Virus record (IMG/VR): IMGVR_UViG_3300035698_017497
Location: 1 to 64,000 of that record
Strand: one strand, 5' to 3'
DNA length: 64,000 nt
DNA from: a virus
Shown here: positions 60,401-64,000 of the stretch, piece after piece
Position numbering within the stretch: the first letter of the stretch is position 1
Layout of the letters: each line of letters begins with the position of its first letter
Translations under genes and position numbers: made by a program
The notes under the pieces: model-generated
The model's input: only the letters and a program-made list of their open reading frames with translations
The model's database searches: none
What the model was told of the DNA's origin: nothing

Positions 60401-60704
60401 AGCAAGTCTTCAGCTTAGGGCTTTAGATAATCTTATATTAAATAATAAGGGTGAGGTTACTGTAGGGGATAAGATATACTCTTATGATAATGGTAATCAC
60501 ACAATAAATTATCGGACTACTGATGAGAATGGCGAGCTTAGCAAAGGAACTAAAGCTAAGGCTGAAGATATACAGGCTGCACGAGATGCATTAGCTTCAA
60601 GAGTGAAGATGAATCAGCCTGACGAAAATACAAGGGATACCGGGATGACTACAAACCCTGCACCTCCGATAATGAATTATTGGAACAACAAGTGGGTGAT
60701 ATAA
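57441..60704 (+). CDS. tape measure protein
   Basis: 1087 aa, Ala/Gly/Met-rich helical, follows the G/GT chaperone. Confidence 0.75.
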   Translation: MPNPQNRMAGYGPISGRPESSAGAQYFGNSIVGDGDIYYADMMHQQKINQYHQQKLQSSRMPAQVLSKLAGDPSYSYNTPGAYQNYQYAEKTRLQQSRLITGGAIAKTATSLATWGAAEAAVSASSIGGAAGMSAGIFSAAGVAGLAATTAIALPAAAALGYGIDKSVKSRMRLQAIKSDTFSYRNQIGLLRSLSKYSDAAGSEIYNEIESSTGRGKDSFFGKEEQARIYKMATASGMLTATKKGSVDSGTIKQYSKNFKDMKEATEEIVKLMGTTIEGGMSIINEMKNSGFGNINQITNQVRAAKAMGDVTGVGTQNMLNIAAAGAQATQGTPYSSQLGANSYMYSATQAGVMARYGDQGQQRAVANVGGVAAAGDIMARAQMNLMSSDMGTKVMSAMMNSEGGIDPEKAKRVMDGKTSAYDIVAMSNNTGYSMGSKKAMINEFKSDFANNMGKYNISPDQIMQKSFEAWRSQYSYAGDKEAAYAFAEKFTNGDQAATSLLYKQIYGSKGYMTMNRASKLAEGQGTIRNRKTKNVFSAVFDKTLNVPLTIAGGALVTGAVGALDTFSGMGKDIGKGFLNLNDAVIRGFGGTVERTSFGDPNSALKRMYNADGFGMTNEEIEIAKTGASEMRSQYMSEKASLNTNKSKTTRAHLLKSIVNGEVYTMVNGRRSQKLSIEALAEYKNRGDILAGNLKELSRGDTDRAMTGTIFSLLSKGDVDITGKETFSEKARYNLMNIDAALGGIDGKSSAALQRFKQQGSKTRFDNYAAIGSILQDRNAELQKTSIVVSNYTGWLVGAGLKTQKQQSDFFAKKQAGASTSEALRSAQGKMGMWDAFKYKYTGGLGLYAKAIDAVSGVDEVREYRSNVMGVSSSRLMSEASSSVASMELTTNQAGVEISKDAKASYESILTKSFKPITSKDGRVIKTADQAAVDFFTGVESKKYLKTITGATSGWLNKKLLSVKGVESAFTTLNNILENSAPAAFNKASLQLRALDNLILNNKGEVTVGDKIYSYDNGNHTINYRTTDENGELSKGTKAKAEDIQAARDALASRVKMNQPDENTRDTGMTTNPAPPIMNYWNNKWVI

Positions 60705-60705
60705 T

Positions 60706-61605
60706 ATGGCTGGACAAGACGATGGAAACGTAGCGTTAAGACCATGGGGAACAGGCACGACAGAGCATGATTACGGGCTAGCATCTATTATATTGTTCCA
60801 GAGTCCGGATAAGGGCGAAGAGGGTGATGATAAGCAGGCCCAATCTGTTAAAAGTAACTCTAGTGAAGATACTGTAAAGCGTATACCTGGAGTAAAATCT
60901 ATGGTTAGTATTGGTGATGCGTCAAATGAGACCGGATCAATAAACAACTATAGTGCAAAAATACTTGAGGGTATTCCATTGCAGTCATTGCAAGACCAAG
61001 AAATTGCGATGCTTAGATTAGAGCAAAACGATGCTGGCGAAAAGAATTATTACGGAGTATTTAACAACTTCTCGCTTGTGGGCGTTCAGGAAGCATCCGA
61101 GGAAAGTATCAAACTTCATGTTAACTTTTCTGAGTTTTGGAATTTATTCTTCTTTGGAGAAAAGCCTAAGATATACCAGTTTAATGGTCACTTTCTAGAT
61201 AGTAAAGAGTTTCCATATTACCAAGAATTCATGACTGCTTATAAGAAATATTTAAGCGGACGTAAGTCTGTTGAAAATAAAATGGAGATGGTTATATCTT
61301 ATCAGGGCAAATTCATTTCTGGATATTTAATATCAGTAAGTGTAGCGTCAACTGCCAACACTGAATTCTTAAAGCAATTCTCATTTAGTGTGGTGGTTAA
61401 GGATGAGGGATGGTCTAGAAACAATTACTTTATGGCTAGAACAGCTGAGAATAAAATTAAATATTCTGTAGGAGTGATAAATACTCTTGATAATAGATAC
61501 AGATTTCCGCAGAGTGAATTTCAATCATCCAATAATAATATTTCTGGATCGAACAATTCGGCTATCAATTATAATCCAGCCACCCAAGATGAGGCATCTG
61601 TTTAA
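60706..61605 (+). CDS. baseplate / tail tube initiator-like protein
   Basis: NFSL.GVQE..EE...FFFGEKP..Y.F.G.FLD pattern; after the tape measure gene. Confidence 0.55.
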   Translation: MAGQDDGNVALRPWGTGTTEHDYGLASIILFQSPDKGEEGDDKQAQSVKSNSSEDTVKRIPGVKSMVSIGDASNETGSINNYSAKILEGIPLQSLQDQEIAMLRLEQNDAGEKNYYGVFNNFSLVGVQEASEESIKLHVNFSEFWNLFFFGEKPKIYQFNGHFLDSKEFPYYQEFMTAYKKYLSGRKSVENKMEMVISYQGKFISGYLISVSVASTANTEFLKQFSFSVVVKDEGWSRNNYFMARTAENKIKYSVGVINTLDNRYRFPQSEFQSSNNNISGSNNSAINYNPATQDEASV

Positions 61606-64000
61606 TGGCGCATAAAGCTTATAATTACCAATTCAAATTATTGCTCGAAGGTATAGAGATTCCATTTTACGGAGCGAATATAATAATGACTCCAAATGGT
61701 GCAGAGGCTACAATTAATCTTTATGAAACAAAATTGATATATGAGATAAAGCCTAAGACAGCTGTGCAGGTATGCTACAGAGACTGGATGCCATTTGGGG
61801 ATGATGCTAATAAGCAACAAAATTGGCGAATAATGTTTGATGGTAGTGTAAGTAAATTCTATAAAGTTGATCAGTCACATCAAGGCCGCGGGGTATCATT
61901 AGTCTGCAGGGACTTCAGGGCAGATATAAGGAAAACTCCAGCATCTATTGTGTATTCTGGAGGACAAGACTTTAGCGTTAACGAGACTAATGTAGCTGGC
62001 ATCAGCAGAACCTACTCAGTTAAGTATGGCTCCAGCGAACAGAACGCGACTCAAAGGCAATTTAAGGGCGATGCTCTGTCATCAATTTTGACTATACTTC
62101 AGAGGATAGCAGGAAATTCGGCAGGGCTAAACGATAAGCCGACATTATACAATTTGACTTCAATCAATTCAATGCTTAAGAAAATGATCAAAGAAGCTAC
62201 AGACGGTGGAACCCAGGCTCAGTTTGGTTTTTTCCTAGACGCTATGGCTAGAGGAGTATGGTTAGAAGCTACGAATGCGTCATCATTAGCTATCTATTTG
62301 AATAAGAGATTGAGGATGGATAAGCGTCTTCTGATTCCAAAGAACGAGGCTGGAACTCTTATATTTAATTCACAGCTTGGGTCTTTTGGCGAAGGTGGCG
62401 GTGCTCATATAGGTAGTATTATAATGGGACATTCAAGGTACTCAAGTGTAGAGGCTGTTATAATGAGGCTTGCCGCCTTATTTATGATGAGGCCATATGC
62501 ATGTAGTACTCCATCTTTAATAGACATATCTGCTGGGCGTAAGGATAATCGGACGCAGGTGATGGATGATCGTGTTTATAAATTTATGGTCACTGATCAT
62601 CCTGACGAATTTGGCGCACCATATATGATAAATCAAGGCATGATACTTCCACCTATGGAATTCACTGCACCTCCGAATTGCAATTTGATATTTCCATGTA
62701 TGACTACCAGAGTAGAGTGGAATCATGATTTTGATATGGATTACACAAGAGCTCACTACAGCGTTAATAACTTTTTTAATAATGGCGGGAGTAAAGCTTT
62801 TGGGTGCGAAACGTATTCTCTTCCAGCATCACTTAAAGAGAGTAAAGAAAAAGGAATGCTTCTAACTGAGGAAGAACGTTACAAAGGTGTGAATATGATG
62901 CAGGGGTCTCTTAGGAATGCTTTAATAAGAGATGACTCAATATCGGCATACCTTAGTACTACTAGTGATGTTAAAGCTTACAACACGGCGGTATCATTGG
63001 TAGCAGATCTTACTGCAGAGGTTGATGATCTAAAATCAAAAAAAGAAGGAAAATCTATTAAGATTTTAGCAACATTAACAAAAAAAATAAAGACAGTTGT
63101 CAGTAAGATGGAAAAGCAAAAGAAAGCTATAAAGATTGTTCAAGACGCTACCCAGAAAAAAGATGGCAGCGTTAAGAAGGTTGCTTTACATCATGCTATG
63201 GTGAAATTTTTTAATGCAAGGTATAGCGGGAGAGTATGTAATATAGAAATGACATTTAACCCATTTATAATGGCCGGCTTTCCTTCAGCCGTATTCTCAG
63301 GGGTCAATGTTCATGGCGAGGATGATTCTAAGAATATAATTGGAATGGTGCAGCAGGTGAAACATCTGATACAGATATCCCCAAATGGAGGTGAAGCGGT
63401 AACATCTGTAGTCTTGAACAACACAAGATTTGAAGATGAGCCAACTGACATGAACGATACCGGAGCCCCTCTATTTCTAAAAGCCACCAATAGAATTGAT
63501 GCCGAGATAGATCCTGAGACTGATGATTTGAGTGTTGGTTATTATACCCCCAATCCAAAGGGCGGATCTCAGTTTACTAAGAAAAATGAAGCTTTGTCAA
63601 AACTTAAAATCGACCCATACGACACATTCTCTTTAGACTCTACATATAATAAACCGTCTGAATATAAATACGTAAAAGATTTGGTATCGATATCCAAGGA
63701 AGATGCCGGCGCAGGGGTATCGAATAGAATATATCTTGACAAGACATACGAGCCAAACAGGGTATCGAAATTCTATAAAAATATATTGGGAATCCCAAAA
63801 AGCTTTATGCGTAATACATATTTTGGAGCTGATAAAAAGTCTCATACATATGCATATGATTCAATTCATGAGGGGCTTAGGAATATATCTGATAATAATA
63901 AAGACATGCTTAGTAATTATGAGAGTGCTATGAATTACATATATAGGAATGTAGTGTCTGTAAATAAATTCTTCGTAAATATCCTCGGCATGAGTAGAAA
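61605..64000 (+). CDS. baseplate hub-like protein (truncated by the window end)
   Basis: ATG overlapping the previous stop: MAHKAYNYQFKLLLEGIEIPF...; PP.CNLIFP and FNPFIMAGFP motifs further on; frame appears open to the end. Confidence 0.6.
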   Translation, partial: MAHKAYNYQFKLLLEGIEIPFYGANIIMTPNGAEATINLYETKLIYEIKPKTAVQVCYRDWMPFGDDANKQQNWRIMFDGSVSKFYKVDQSHQGRGVSLVCRDFRADIRKTPASIVYSGGQDFSVNETNVAGISRTYSVKYGSSEQNATQRQFKGDALSSILTILQRIAGNSAGLNDKPTLYNLTSINSMLKKMIKEATDGGTQAQFGFFLDAMARGVWLEATNASSLAIYLNKRLRMDKRLLIPKNEAGTLIFNSQLGSFGEGGGAHIGSIIMGHSRYSSVEAVIMRLAALFMMRPYACSTPSLIDISAGRKDNRTQVMDDRVYKFMVTDHPDEFGAPYMINQGMILPPMEFTAPPNCNLIFPCMTTRVEWNHDFDMDYTRAHYSVNNFFNNGGSKAFGCETYSLPASLKESKEKGMLLTEEERYKGVNMMQGSLRNALIRDDSISAYLSTTSDVKAYNTAVSLVADLTAEVDDLKSKKEGKSIKILATLTKKIKTVVSKMEKQKKAIKIVQDATQKKDGSVKKVALHHAMVKFFNARYSGRVCNIEMTFNPFIMAGFPSAVFSGVNVHGEDDSKNIIGMVQQVKHLIQISPNGGEAVTSVVLNNTRFEDEPTDMNDTGAPLFLKATNRIDAEIDPETDDLSVGYYTPNPKGGSQFTKKNEALSKLKIDPYDTFSLDSTYNKPSEYKYVKDLVSISKEDAGAGVSNRIYLDKTYEPNRVSKFYKNILGIPKSFMRNTYFGADKKSHTYAYDSIHEGLRNISDNNKDMLSNYESAMNYIYRNVVSVNKFFVNILGMSR

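Overview
A 64 kb segment of a large tailed (myovirus-like, probably jumbo) bacteriophage genome. Plus-strand blocks hold virion genes: baseplate spike, terminase, intein-containing prohead protease, scaffold, capsid, neck, fibre/decoration proteins, GH108 endolysin, sheath, tube, frameshifting tail chaperone, tape measure and baseplate hub. Minus-strand blocks hold accessory and DNA-metabolism genes: metallophosphoesterase, DUF3883-like nuclease, DHH phosphoesterase, RusA, class II RNR and an Acb2/Tad1-like protein. The main discovery is a candidate split retron-like system. (i) A retron-type reverse transcriptase is followed directly by a stand-alone RNase H and a ~370 nt structured non-coding stretch (14.1-16.2 kb). 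(ii) About 31 kb away is a ~2 kb non-coding array (47.6-49.7 kb) of 9 well-formed units plus 1 degenerate unit. Each unit is closed by its own 8-10 bp inverted repeat and carries a unique long hairpin plus a conserved short G-(AAN)-C hairpin, so it resembles a tandem set of msr-msd cassettes. The same 13-mer promoter-like motif lies upstream of both loci. The link between the RT and the array is inference. Protein calls come from motif recognition only; no database searches were run.
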